From Malacoraja senta (Eukaryota): a stretch of 60,000 bases of DNA. Both the position numbers and the translations under genes were made by a program. Below the pieces are notes generated by a model that saw nothing but the letters and a program-made list of their open reading frames with translations, searched no databases and was not told where the DNA came from. How positions within the stretch are numbered: position 1 is the stretch's first letter; the number at the start of each line of letters is the position of its first letter. The stretch covers positions 15,936,001 through 15,996,000 of the forward strand of contig CM075990.1 in NCBI GenBank assembly GCA_038087875.1, read 5' to 3'. Below are positions 1 to 13,707 of the stretch, one piece after another.

Positions 1-309
1 GCCTGACTCATTAGCATGACAAAGCACATCCATAATCTTCAGAAGAGCCTTGCGTCCAACCAAAGAATATAACATTTATTCATTTCGTGTTCTGTGTATA
101 TTCAGTATCATTTAAATTGTACACAGGCTAAATCAGTGCCTTGACACCGAAATTATCTATTCATGCATAATTATCTGCAAAACAATCGAGGTGTAAAGAA
201 GGAAAAGTTTGCATGAATACAGCACCTATTACGACCTTTCCGTTGCCAGAGTGTGGTGGCTCTTTGCATGTTCTTCCCAGAGGAGGATCTACGATCTTCC
301 CATACAATG

Positions 310-505
310 CCACAGAAGGCTGTGGAGGCCAAGTCAGTGGATATGTTTAAGGCAGAGATAGAAAGATTCTTGATTAGTACAGGTGTCAGGGGTTATGGGG
401 AGAAGGCAGGAGAATGGGGTTAAGAGGGAAGGATAGCTCAGCCATGATTGGATGGTGGAGTAGACTTGATGGGCCGAATGGCCTAATTCTGCTCCTGGAT
501 TTTAT
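310..505 (+). mobile_element. CR1 LINE 3' fragment
   Basis: gccacagaaggctgtggaggcc...gggccgaatggcctaattctgctcct. Confidence 0.8.
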
Positions 506-988
506 GGACATCTGAACATTTGCTCCACCCTCCTAAATCTATTGTCTGCCCATAAATCTACAGGTGGATAGACCTGTTGGACTTGATTTGGACTTGATTG
601 TCGTTACGTATAATATTATCTGATCTGATAGGATAGCATGCGAAATAAAGGCTTTCACTGTACCTCCGTACACGTAACAATAAACCAAAACCTGGCCCAG
701 ATTACGTTACAATTAATGAGGCACAATTTAAGTGGAGCAACTGCTGCAAAGCAAGGTACACGGCGACGTGGATTTACCAACAGCAACAAGGTGGCAAAGA
801 CCATGTGGGTTTGGAAAGAGTATTTATTGAGAACACTTCATCTGCCTACGAGTGGAGATAGGACTTGTGCAAGACTCCCAATAATCTATTGTTCACCAGA
901 TATCTGTTTTATCTGTACACTGTGGACAGCTCGAGTGTAATCATGTATTGTCTTTCTATGGTTGCACGCAAGGTTCTTCTGAAGATTA

Positions 989-1127
989 GATGTATGGGAA
1001 GGAACTGCAGATGCTGGTTTACTCCGAAGGTAGACACAAAATGCTGGAGTAACTCAGCGGGACAGACAGCATCTCTGGATGGAAGGAATGGGTGACATTT
1101 CGGGACAAAATCCTTCTTCAGACTGAG
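989..1127 (-). mobile_element. Penelope-derived hammerhead-bearing short element (139 bp)
   Basis: CTGAAGA...GAAA core on -; flanked by direct repeat cttctgaa(g/a)atta at 976-988 and 1128-1140. Confidence 0.8.
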
Positions 1128-4100
1128 CTTCTGAAAATTATTTATGTGCTTCTCATGAAAGAAAAGTCCCCAACACAAGGAGCTTTCAATGTCTTCTGGT
1201 TGCAGAACAGAGAATGCAATGTTATGAGCAAGGTATTGATTGGGGATGATCAGCCATGATCACATTGAATGGCGGTGCTGGCTCGAAGGGCCGAATGGCC
1301 TACCCCTGCACCTATTGTCTATTGAAACAGTATATTGGCTCATTTGAAATGGAAGAATTTATTCATTACGTGTATTGGAGATCTGGATTTCTTTTTTACT
1401 CCAGTGAGTTATCACCGGATTTCATGATAGACATTTGTCTCGCTGACTGGTTAGCATGCAACGAAAGCTTGTCACTGTACCTTGGTACAGGTGACAATAA
1501 ACTAAACTCAAACTCAACATAATGTCAATTTTCTCAGATGAGATCAGAGGTATTTCTTTTGAAACACCTGCCTCTCCTGTGGGTGTGTCCGGTTCCTTGG
1601 CCCTGAATTGACGAGCAGGCACATTCACCCTGAAATATCCTGTTTATATCCTGTATCATTGTTGATCCCTCAATCACCATCTCTAAACCTCAGACTCTGA
1701 CAAAAGGTCTCAACCCAAAACGGCACCTCTTCATTTCCTCCACGGATGCTGCCCGACCCGCTGAGGTGCCCCCAGCGCTTTGTGCTTGGCTTCAGATTGA
1801 GCGGCACATCAATGGTTCAGCTGCTGTACTGGTGCCAGTTCTCTTTCTGCAGATTCCGCTGGAAGAAACCAGTTTCGCAAAGCAACTATTGTAGAAGTGC
1901 TCGCTGCTGGTATTGTCATCCAAATGCACTGACTGCAATTTGACAGAATGATTGCCAAAGGCTTATTTACAAAAGCAGATTGATAAACATCAACAGGTGG
2001 TGTCACTCATGTTAAAATGTCATGACGGCAAATAGCAAGGAGAAGCATTCCAGACCCAGATTCGATGATTCCAAAAACAGAAAATGCTACAGTATAAATC
2101 AGCAGGTCTTTGATCTGAAACGTCAACCTTGTTTCTCTCTCCACAGATGCTGCCCGACCTGTCGGTTGTTCCCAGCATTTTCTGTTATTGTTTCAGAAGC
2201 ATTGGTTCAGTTCACCGGCAGGATACTAATGTCATTGGCAAGGACACCATTTATTGCTCATAGGTGGACAAAACATGCTGGAGAAACTCAGCGGGTGAGG
2301 CAGCATCTATGGAGCGAAGGAAATAGGCAACGTTTCGGACTCAGACTCCACCGGGCTCGCCGAACCTTGCTGCCTCACCGACCATCCGCCGACCGGGACC
2401 TCCTACTCTGACCCGGCACCAGCTTGACCATTTATTGCTCATCCCTTTTTGCTACCTTGTCCATACATATAGAATCATAGAGTCAGATTCCTACAACGTG
2501 GAAACAGGCCCTTCGGCCCAACTTGCTCACACTGGCCAACATGACCCAACTACACTAGTCCCACCTGCCTGCGTTTGGCCCATATCCTTCCAAGCCTGTC
2601 CTATCCATGCAGTCATAGAATCATACAGCATGGAAACAAACCCTTCAGCCCAACTTGTCCATGCAGCCATAGTCCAATTTCCCTGCATTTGGTCAATATC
2701 CCTCTAAAACTTTTCTATCCATTTATCTGTCCAAGTGTCTTTTAAATGCCGTTATCGTACCTCGTCTGGCAGCTCATCCTGTATATCCACCACCTTCTGA
2801 TTCAATGACAGAGAGCAGTTAAAAGTCAACTACATTGATGAGTTTGGAGCCACATATTGATTAGATCAGAGAATGTCCTCGAAATATTCATCAGATGAGC
2901 TCACCATTGGACATCAGAAAAGATGGGGTTCAAATCAAATATCAAACTGAAACATTAACTGCTTCCCTCTCCGCGCAAGTATTTTCAGCAGTTAGTACTT
3001 TTATTTCTGATTACAAGCATCTGCAGTATTTTGCTTGTGTCGGATTTCCTTCCCATTAGTTAGAGAGATTTTTGCAGTGATCCAATACTTTCATGAACTT
3101 TATTAAGATTTTTTTATTCCAGATTTATTGTTAGTTTCTGGATCTAAATTCACCAGTTGCCCTGGAGGAATTCTATTGACCTCCCCATCAATATTGATGA
3201 GGAGATATTACTATCGATATGGAGCTCACATCTCCCCATCAACAGTCCAGGCTCCGAATACTATAACTTAAATACTGCCACCATAGCTCCCATGGAATTA
3301 CAGCATCAAAACTTCCATTTCATCTCAAAGGAATTCACAGCACAATAGGAAGCCATTCAGCTGATTACAGGGCTAGCTTTGATAATAACTATCTTCTCTT
3401 ACTTGCAAGTGTTAGATATTTTTCTGCAACAGTCATTGGCATGAAGTTGAGGCAACTTTATAAATCTGTATCAAATGCAGTTAAAGTCATCGAGTAACTC
3501 CAAGCCATACAGGTTTGTAGGTTATGTTCAAGAAGGAACTGCAGATGCTGGAAAATCTAAGGTAGACAAAAACGCTGGAGAAACTCAGCGGGTGAGGCAG
3601 AATCTATGGAGGACAAAAATGCTGGAGAACTAGGTTAATTGGCTTGGTGCAAATGTAAAATTGTCCCTAGTGGGTGTAGGGTCATGTTAATGTGCAGGGA
3701 CCACTGATCGGTGTGGACTCGGTGGGCCGGAGGGCCAGTTTCCGCACTTTATCTCGAAACTAAACTAATATTTAGTTCATCGCTATTGAGATGATTATTA
3801 ATAATCTGATCAGATGCAACTGCAAGTTGGTAAATTGCTAAAGTTAAGGTGGCTTTACCAAGAGCAATCCCCATTTCTCCCCCCCCCCACCCCACAATCA
3901 GTCTGAAAAAGGGTCTTGACCCAAAACATCACCTGTCCATTTTCTCCAGAGATGCTGCCTAACCCATTGAGTTACTGCATCATTTTATGTCTTTCTTTAT
4001 TCTCTTCAACAGAAGGCCATTTAGTCCATGAATCAAGGCCTTATCACATATTCAAGGACAAAGCTAATAATTCTGGCCTTTATATCTGACACATTATTAT

Positions 4101-4140
4101 TATTTCAGTGAAATAACTCGAGCGCTAAATATCTAAAATG

Positions 4141-4421
4141 TTTAATTTAGTTGAGAGAAACGGGCCTTTCGGCCCACTGAGTCCGTACAGACCAGCACCA
4201 ACACTATCCTACACACACTAGAGACAATTTGTAATTAATTAGCCAATTAACCTACAAACCTGTACGTCTTTGGAGTGCAGGAGGAAACTGGAGATCCCAG
4301 AGAAAACCCACGCGGTCACGGGGAGAACGTGCAAACTCCGGACAGACAGCGCCCGTGGTCGGGATCGAACCCGGGTCTCCGGTGCTGCAAGGCAGCAACT
4401 CCACCGCTGCGCCACCATGCC
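4141..4421 (-). mobile_element. tRNA-derived V-SINE (HE1-like)
   Basis: A/B boxes, V-domain-like core, CR1/HER1-type 3' tail with (ctaaa)n. Confidence 0.85.
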
Positions 4422-4780
4422 GCAAAAATGGGTACCTAGTTACTCAGTCTCATTTAAACATAAATATATAGGAAAATAACATGTGTTTGTGGGGCATTAT
4501 TATTCCTTTAAAATCTGCATTCAGAACACCTGAAAATGGATAAAATAATTTGTAATGAAGTTGGGTGAAAAATATGAATACTTCATAATACTGAGCATAC
4601 TCTGCTAAATTTTGGAAAACAGTTCACAAAAGATAGAGAATAAATATGCAATGAGCAATTGGAATGAAAAGAACAGTGATAATAAATTTGTGATGATTGT
4701 TGTCTTTATAGTCCATTATTAAATAGCCACTATTTAGAGGAGGCTATAATAATATCAAAAAAAATACCTGGGGTGAATCT

Positions 4781-5433
4781 TTGAAGATAGACACAAAATG
4801 CTGGAGTAACCCAGCGGGTCAGGCAGCATCTCTGGAGAGAAGGAATGGGTGATGTTTTGGCTAGAGATCCTTTTGTTTAGTATATTTAGTTTAGAGATAC
4901 AGCGCGGAAACAAGCCTTTCTCACACCGAGTCCGTGCCGACCAGCGATCCAGCACTATCTTGCACACACCAGGGACAATTTATATTAATACCAAGCCAAT
5001 TAACCTACAAACCTGCATGTCTTTGGAGTGTGGGAGGAAACCGAAGTTCTCGGAAAAAACCCGTGCAGGTCACGGGGAGAACGTACAAACTCCGTACAGT
5101 CAGCACCCGTAGTCAGGGTCGAAACCGGGTCTCCGGCGCTGAAAGGCAGCAACTCCACCGCTCCGCCACCGTGCCACCCTTGATCAGACCAAGAGTCAGG
5201 CAGGGGGAAACCAGAGGTATGGGAAGGTACAGAACAAACCGGAGCCTCCATTGACGACTCAGGAAAGGTTAGGCCCAAAATGCTCCATTGTTGGCTGGGG
5301 ACAAGGTGATAACGAAGGAATACAAACGGTGAAATTCGCAAGATGATGAAGTTGGGGGAGGGACGGAGAGAGGAGGACTGGAAGGGTTACTTGAAGTTAG
5401 AAAAAAATCAATATTCATGCCGCTGGGTTGTAA
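4781..5433 (-). mobile_element. Penelope-like element 3' fragment (ORF end plus pLTR), interrupted by a SINE
   Basis: Minus strand encodes LQPSGMNIDF.., resembling a PLE GIY-YIG ORF C-terminus, followed by 3' UTR and hammerhead-type sequence split by the SINE at 4875-5179. Confidence 0.75.
4875..5179 (-). mobile_element. tRNA-derived V-SINE (HE1-like)
   Basis: Full-length copy homologous to 12336-12648. Confidence 0.85.
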
Positions 5434-5490
5434 AGATCGAGCTCAAAAATAATATAAAAGAAAGAAACTTTCTATTTGCATCCCACTTAA

Positions 5491-5716
5491 GGGCCTGTCC
5501 CACTTTCACGACCTAATTCACGACCTCTGCCGAGTTTGCCCTTGACTCATACTCGCAGCATGGTCATCACGAGGTCGTAGGTGGACCGTAGGTAGGTCGT
5601 GATGCTAGTCGTAGGTACTCGTGGCATCAAGTAGGTTGGGACGTTTTTTCAACAAGATGCAAAATGTCCACGAGTAAAAAAGGTCGTGAATTAGGTCGTG
5701 AAAGTGGGACAGGCCC
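5491..5716. mobile_element. MITE with perfect 36-bp TIRs and TTAA flanks (Kolobok- or Harbinger-like)
   Basis: TIR gggcctgtcccactttcacgacctaattcacgacct at both ends; TTAA at 5487-5490 and 5717-5720. Confidence 0.9.
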
Positions 5717-6290
5717 TTAAGGAAAATAATTTCAAATAAATGCAACTGTTTTATTGCTTTAGAAAGATACAATTTTAAATATTCACAAAAGTGAATTGGT
5801 GATGAATTGGAAAAATGCAATCTATAATTAAAATCATTCCAGATAAGTATCCACGACAACAACCGATAAAAGGAGGAAAATAGATTTAGAATTCAATCTA
5901 AAAATAAATCCTTGCAGAGTTGGTGTTCCAGGACACAGAGGACTCGTTTTAATTTTTGAAACTGCAAATGATTTTGCAAATCGGAGATGAAAAGTCTCTT
6001 GTATTTAGGGCCATGGTCCTGTATAGGATACATTAAAGTTTAATGAGAAACATTTCCCAGAGATATTTCCTTCCTATTGAGACTCCAATTACCAGAATTC
6101 ACCATTCTAAACCATGGTCATCATCAGAGACAAGAGATTATCTCACAAAGGATCCACTGTAATAGTCACACAGGATAGAAACAGACCCTTCGGTCCAACT
6201 GGTCCACTTTGACTGAAATACCCCAACTAAGCTCGTCTCAATTGCCCACATTTGACCATAATCCCTCTAACCTTTTCCGATCCAAAATGT

Positions 6291-6421
6291 TTGAAGAAGG
6301 GTCTCCACCCGAAACGTCACCCATTCCTTCTCTCCAGAAATGCTCCCGGTCCCGCTGAGTTACTCCAGCATTTTTTGTCTATCTACGGTTTAAACCAGCA
6401 TGTGCAGTTCCTTCCTACACA
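6291..6421 (+). mobile_element. Penelope-derived hammerhead-bearing short element inside a CR1 fragment
   Basis: ttgaagaagggtctccacccgaaacgtc...cttcctacaca. Confidence 0.75.
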
Positions 6422-7769
6422 TTTTTGGAAATGTTATTGGACCTGCCTCCACCACTTTCTCTGGCAGCTCATTCCATACACACCACCACCCTCTGAATGA
6501 AGTCGTTACTCCTTAGCTCCTTTTTAAACATTCCCCCATTTACTGTAACCATGTACCCTCTATTTGTTTTATTTCCTCTTCACTGTGTGCATTTACCATG
6601 TCCATCATGATTTGAGTCACCTCCATAGGATCACATCTTTGTCTTCAATGCTCCAAGGTCTGCCCGTCCTTTCAGGTCCTGGAGTCCTGGCAACATTCTC
6701 GCAAATCTTCTTTACACTCTTTCCAGCTTAATGCTGCTTTTCCTACAGCAGCTTATATCTTGAACAATAGAGAAAGCCTGCGTTTTAACCTTCTAATAAC
6801 GTTATTTCTTTCTATATGCCTGTAGGACAGCCTGTAATTCTAATAAGGAATCAGAATGTAACACCAATTCTGCAAATACAACCACCCCCCCTGCTCGGGA
6901 GAAGAATATCCGTAATGATATTACTACATCCTCACCAGCCAGAACCTAGTAAACAAATAAACTACCAAAACATTACTATTCATATTATTATTTTGTGTTT
7001 CGAAAAGCTATGAAACCAGAATTTCTGATGCCTTTTCCAGACTTCTCATTTCCAAACCTCATATTTGGATATTGACTGCCATTATCCTGCATTGAAGGTT
7101 GCCTGTGACCATTGCAATTCCAGAGACGTAGTGTGAAGATGGCAACTCTGATGATGCATCTATCACGCACTCACACCTCAAGCTCAATATCAACAGCGTG
7201 AAGCTTTCAGCTCAAGGACGAGGCACCAGAGAATGGAAAATCCACTTGCAAGGAGAATAAGCTGACAGCTTATAACTTATTGGCATTATTTGATGGGGAA
7301 ATTTAACAATTTATTACGACGTGTGGTGCGAGTAAATTAACACTGGATAAGAACATTGGTGCTTGGTGAAGGACACCTCATGGATTAACAGGGCCTCTTG
7401 TTCTTTGGTACTTCTGATTCATTAACATTTGACTCACGACTTTGTTATTTTTCTCTCTAACTTTGGGTATATTGATAGAAAGAAATTGTTGATAAATGTA
7501 GCATAATTTTTTTTAATCGATATGGACACAGCCAACTTTTTGTCTACAGAATAAAACATTGGTCATGTCTATGTTTAAAACGTAGATACAAGATTAAGAT
7601 CGAAGCTGAAATATTAAATTTATTCTAGGGGAAATACATTTCAATATCCATTATATTTTGAAATATTTATCCAAGGGAACTATTAATATGAAACACTGTT
7701 TTTCTAAGGTCACAGAGCAGTAGCAATATCTTAAATTAATGTCTATAGTGTGTCATTTGTTACACTTTT

Positions 7770-8022
7770 TATTTTAGTTTAGAGATGCAGCAATGGAAAC
7801 AGGCCCTTCGGCCCACTGAGTCGGTGGGGACTCGGTGGGCCCAAGTTCACGCTAGTTATCCCCTACATGCTTGGGGCAATTTACCGATAAATCCACATGT
7901 CTTTGGGAATTGGGCGGAAACCCAAGAGGTCACAGGGAAAACGTGCAAACTCCACATAAACCGCACCAGAGATCAGGATCGAACCAGGTCTCTGGCACTG
8001 TGAGGCAGCAGCTCTACCACAT
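7770..8022 (-). mobile_element. diverged V-SINE
   Basis: Homology to the other copies. Confidence 0.7.
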
Positions 8023-9774
8023 CACATCCTCAATCCTTTCCACTTGTCACTTTAATTACATGTTTCTTGTGTTTTTGTGTTTTTATGACTGTGGGCAGAT
8101 CAATTTCCCTCCTGGGTTGAATAACGTTCGATCATAATGTATCGTATCGTTACATTTTGCAACACAATGTAAAGTTTTAAGGGTATTTTATCGCAAAAAT
8201 AATTCCTAAACATCGGATTGCTGATATCTTGAGACGAGGCAGCAGGAAGCAACATACTCCCCACAGGAGCCATGAATCACCAGTGCAACGTGGAGACATG
8301 AAGGACTAGACATGCTGGAATCTGGAGCAAAAAACAATGCTGGAAGAACTGAAGAGTTTGAGCAGCATGTGTGGTCACCTCGGTGAAAGACGCTCTTCAG
8401 TCTGCCCGAGCTTAGTTGACCTCCCAGCGGAGCGAGATGTCCGTCGGGGAATGTTGCCGACTGGCCCGCTGCAGACCGCAGGAGTACGTGCTGAGGGACG
8501 CACTGATGCTCGGTGGGGGATGGGTCGAATGACCTAATTCTGCTCCTATAACTAGTGGAAAGGTGGAGAGAAGGGAAGAGGGAAGGTGGAGATACAGGTT
8601 GGAGACACAAATCTGATCAGTGCAGAAGGTGACAATTCAAGAATACTTTATTGTCACAAGTACTTGGGTAGAGTGAAATTCTTTGTATTACATACAATAC
8701 ACAGGGTCACCACGGATAGGGCACCGACAGTTACAAAGTGTGCATGAGAGTCACGTTGGTCCCTCTTCCATCTCCTGCCCCTCTATCCCCGTACTTTCCT
8801 CGGCCCAGTCGCATCTCCTCCCCTCATAGAGGCCCTTCCTCAGCCCGGCCTTCACTCCGTCCCACGGCCCTCTGTGGCACTCGCCGGGAACTTCTCTAAA
8901 TTGGACCCATTTAAGGGAGAGAGAGGGCAGAGGGTACGATGGGCAGTGGTTGGAAACTACTGGATTTCAATGTTCAATCACACTATCTCAGACTTCAGAA
9001 ATAACAACCACATCACGTTCCAGATTATTTTGTAAAGGTCCAGTTTGTTTCTCAAATAATAAATGAATTAATTTCCCTTTAGCTTGATGCCTTGATCAAA
9101 TAAATAATCCATTGAAACATTAGATAAAAAATTCAGTTTCAGTTTAGTTCATTGTCTCGTGAACGAGGTACAGTGATAAGCTTTCTGTTGCGTGCTAACC
9201 ATTCAGCAGAAAGACAATACATGATTACAATCAATCCCTTTACATGATAAGGGAATAATGTTTAGTGCAAGGTAACAGCAGCAAAGTCCGGTCAAGGATA
9301 GTCCGAGGGACATCAGAGGTAGATAGTAGCATCAGCGGTAGATAGAACACTGGTTCCGGTTACAGCCTGGGCCCAGTGATGGAGCATTGTCTTGGTCAAG
9401 TACAAAGAAGATACCAAGTGCTGGAGTGACTCAGCAGGTTCGGCAGCATCTCTGGAGAACATGGATAGGTGACATTTTAGGTCGGGACCCTTCTTCAAAC
9501 AAAAGGCAAGGTGATCTTTACACCTGGATGGAAAAGACAATAACACGTTTCATTGTTTTGTCAGGTAGAGAAAAGCGTGGCTTAGTTTTAAAGATGGAAC
9601 AAAGGATAACCAGGCCAAATAGACTGGTGAATATTATGAGGGAAGATATTACATCGCAAGGGCCTTGTGTACCAAATAGAACCTTTATCCTTTCTATCTC
9701 TGGTGGAAGAGTGACACAGCGGTATAGTTGCTGCCTTACAGAGCCTGAGGCCCGGGCTCAATCCTGTCTGCATC

Positions 9775-9990
9775 CCCCTTCCCATCAGAACTGCCTCCTC
9801 CATCGACTCCTTTAAGTCAAGACTATAAACGTATCTATACTCCCAAGCCTTTCTTGACGTCCTCTGAGCGAGGGCTATATGTATATAGTTTGTTTGTTTA
9901 TATTATTCTTATAACAAATGTAAAGCACTTTGGCCAACGAGAGTTGTTTTTTAAATGTGCTATATAAATAAATGTGACTTGACTTGACTT
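9775..9990 (+). mobile_element. L2-clade LINE 3' end
   Basis: SIDSFKSRL*TYLYSQAF; tail tgtaaagcactttgg...gtgctatataaataaa(gactt)n; the same tail recurs at 22660-22725. Confidence 0.75.
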
Positions 9991-11332
9991 GTACATTCTC
10001 CCTGTGACTGATGGGCCTTCCCCGGGTGCTCCAGTTTCCTCCCACACTCCAAAGACTGTGCAGGTTTGTAGATTAATTGGCTTTGGTTAGAATTGTAAAT
10101 TGTTCCTCTCGTGTAGAATGGTGCTAGTGTACGAGGATTGCTGGAAGGGTGCAAACCAGAAACGTCACCTGTCCATGTTCTCCACAGGTGCTGCCTGACC
10201 TGCCGAGTCACTCCAGCACTCGTCTCCTTTTGTGTATTAACCAGCATCTGCAGTTCTTTGTTTCTACATTCTAAAATTAATTGCGCATAATTCTTAGGAG
10301 AAATCGCTCCAAATACTGGAGATAAAGAAATTTGTGAATTCCTTGCAAACAGATTAGCCCAGGAAATCAATCCTCACCATTAAATATTTATCCTTTTGTA
10401 AGATAGCGAAAATACATCTGCTGATAATTGACCCACATGTTCCTTCAAAGAGGAATCATTGCAAGATCCAAATGAATGTGATTACAAGAAGATAGACACA
10501 TTTTCAGCAGCAGGCTTTAAAAACACTTCAACAGTGACACAGCATATCAGCTGCACTAACTGTTTTCAATGACTTCGAATGGCCAAGGCAATACAAGCAA
10601 AAGCCAGGTCAGTTCAAACTGTATCCAAAGCTTCGATATATGACAATGACCACATTAACATTTCATGCATGTTCTCTATTCTCCAAGGAGCAAGGTAAAT
10701 CTGTCCTCCAATTTGCCCCTCCTCCAATAGTCTTGTTCATGTTTTCATTTCAATTCAAATTCTTGCATCATTAAAGTGACTCCCTGTGGAAAATAGTAAC
10801 CTAATAATCTAGTTCATACCAGACTTCATTATCTTGGAGAAGCAATTTGCGTGGCATCGCTTTAGATGCAGACAACTGTGTCAGTTTTTGACTGTACTGA
10901 GCTCCAACATATAAATATACCAAAGACAATATCCTCTCTCCTTACAAATAGTCCACCAGCTCGCTACAATTAAATTTATGAATCGTTCACAAAAACATTT
11001 GAAAGACCTGAAAGAATGGATTAAGAGAACAACGGTGTATTGTTGAACCAAAATGACACAAATAGTTTGCATTTCATTAAATATGAAACAATTATATGCA
11101 GAACTGCAAGAAGATATCATAATCCATGTGCAGCAAGTCGTCAGGTTTCCTTGAGACGATGGGGATGATTATGTATAATGCAGATCGGGTTAGAACCGAC
11201 TATGAAAATAGAACTAAGTTACAACAAAAAGAGAATGTCTAATGCTGCTGCTTTTTTAACAAGGAATAGAAAACAGGTGCAGTAGGCCATTCGTCCCTTC
11301 GAGCCAGCACTACTATTCAATATGTAAAGATA

Positions 11333-11618
11333 AGTATCCTTTATTGTCATTCAGACCCTTCGGTCTGAACAAAATTTCGTGCCTTGCAGTCATACATATA
11401 ATAAAAATAACAAAAACACACAATAAACACAAATTTAACATCACCACAGTGAGTCTACCAGGCACCTCCTCACTGTGATGGAAGGCAAAAGTCTTAAAGT
11501 CTTTGTCTCTTCCCTCCTTGTTCTCCCTCTGCGCTGAGGCGATCCAGGCCTCCGATGTTGTGACCCCGCCGGGTGATGGTAAGTAAGTCAGTCCTGCGGC
11601 TGAATCCAGCTCCGCGAA
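11333..11618 (-). mobile_element. 5'-truncated GC-rich retroelement inserted into a CR1 tail
   Basis: Same subterminal hairpin; 3' ttcagaccgaagggtctgaatgacaataaa. Confidence 0.65.
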
Positions 11619-12335
11619 TGATCATGGCAAACATCCAGAATCAGTACCCCGTTCCTTCATTTTCCCCATATCCCTTGATTCCGTTAGCCCAAAGAGCTAA
11701 ATCTAACACTCTCTTGAAATCATCCAGTGAATTAGCCTTCACTGCCTTCTGTGGTGGCAAATATCTAACAGTTGCAGGACACAACTTGCGTCCAAAGAAT
11801 GTAAAGGTACAGTTGGGGTATGCTAACTGTTCAACACAGCTCGTAGGGAGATGGGGACCATGGGCACCACTCTTTCTTTGTTAAACTTTTAGTTCATCAA
11901 GTCTACTCCGTCATTCAATCATGGCTGATCTATCTTTCTCTCTCAACCCCATTCTCCTGCCTTTGCCCCATAATCCCCGACACCCTTTCCTACTTGTCCA
12001 GCTCTAATGGGAAGTCGTTTACCTGCATCATTAGATATATTTTTCTCTCCACAGACGCTGCCTCATCTGCTGAATATTTGCAACATTGCAGATTTTCCAC
12101 ATCTACAGCTTTTTCGCTCAATTTTGACATGGCCGGTTTAAACATCTTAATTAACAGTAAAACAAATAGATTAACTATCGGACGACCATTTCAATCCATG
12201 AGATTTAATAAAGGTTGCTTCTCTCTACTTTGCAACATTATAGCTTTAGTGTATTAATAAATGCACAATATACTACATATAATAATTTGGTCCACTGGGT
12301 AATCTGCTCAAAAGGGTTGATGCCTCTCTCTGACA

Positions 12336-12648
12336 GGGCAGCACGGTGGCACAGCGGTAGAGTTGCTGCCTTACATCACTTACAGCGCCAGAGCCCTGGG
12401 TTCGATTCTGACTACGGGTGCTGTCTGTACGGAGTTTGTACGTTCTCCCCGTGACCGCGTGGGTTTTCTCTGAGATCTTCGGTTTCCTCCCACACTCCAA
12501 AGATATACAGCTTTGGAGGTTAGTTGGTGGGGTATCAATGTAAACTGTCCCTCGTGTGTGTAGGATAGTGTTAATGTGCGGGGATCGATGATCAGTGCGG
12601 ACTCAGTGGGCCGAAGGGCCCGTTTACGAGCTGTATCTATAAACTAAA
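12336..12648 (+). mobile_element. tRNA-derived V-SINE (HE1-like), full length
   Basis: A box TGGCACAGCGG, B box GGTTCGATTC (~12399), core ggtttcctcccacactccaaaga, tail gggccgaagggcc...aaactaaa. Confidence 0.88.
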
Positions 12649-13147
12649 GAAAGCTCAATCTGAAATTTGCTTGAATTGCCTCATGATACGTCTTCACCGA
12701 GGCTGGACAAGAGGCAACTTTTATCAGATCAATGAGTGTCCTCCCACTCAGGGAATGATGAAAAATGATTCCCTTCACTAATAATTAGACTTAATAAATA
12801 AATTCATAATTAACCTTTCAAAATTGATAAAACTGTCAATTTACAATTTACAATTGTCCCCCCTCATGTAGGTGACAAGATTTACAACAGGCAAAATATG
12901 CATTGTTGAGTTGTGCATGTTTTTAAATATTTTCAGGCAATTAACAATGTACTGACACCTAATATTCTGAAAATTCAAACAGATAAAAATTGTAAAGTGC
13001 CTGAAAACATTGATTTTATCTGCCAAAATTGTTAAACTAAATATTGAATAAGGGCAAGCATTCTTGAATCTTTCAGTCAGACCATCAAACAACCAGTTTA
13101 CAGTAATTCTACCCCAAGTCCATTTCATTCTCCTCACATTCCTGCAA

Positions 13148-13545
13148 GAGTCATAGAGTGATACAGTGTGGAAACAGGCCCTTCGGCCAAGCTTAGCCAC
13201 ACCGGCCAAATGTCCCAGCTACACTAGTCCCACCTGCTCATGTTTGGTCCATATCCCTCCAAACCTGTCCTATCCATGCTTCTGTTCAACAGTTTCTTAA
13301 ACGTTGGGATCGTCCCAGCCTCAACTACCTCCTTTGGCAGCTCATTCCATACACTCTTCACCCTTTGTGTGAAACAGTTACCCCTCAGATTCCTATTAAA
13401 CCTTTTCCCCTTCACCTTAAACCTATGTCCTCTGGTCCTTGATTGACCTACTCTGGGCAAGAGGCTCTGTGCATCTAGCCAATTCCTCTCATGATTTTAT
13501 ACACCTCAATAAGATCACCTCTCATCCTCCTGCATTCCAGGGAGG
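13148..13545 (-). mobile_element. CR1 (HER1-like) LINE 3' fragment
   Basis: SRTRGHRFKVKG...FTQRVKSVWNELP; tail shared with the V-SINEs. Confidence 0.88.
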
Positions 13546-13707
13546 TGGTTTTCCTTCCATAAGCTAGGGTACTGTCCGATTCACCTCTATCCCAATACAG
13601 CCATTGGATCTTCACTCTGGAACTGATGCGCTGTAATGCTGAGAACTATTCTGCACTCAGTATCTTTCCCTTTGCTCTACCTATTATACATGCGTTTGAC
13701 TTGATTG

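Noticed and set aside
12336..12415. tRNA gene
   Set aside because: The A/B boxes belong to the head of a multi-copy SINE and continue into its core and tail; there is no complete cloverleaf.
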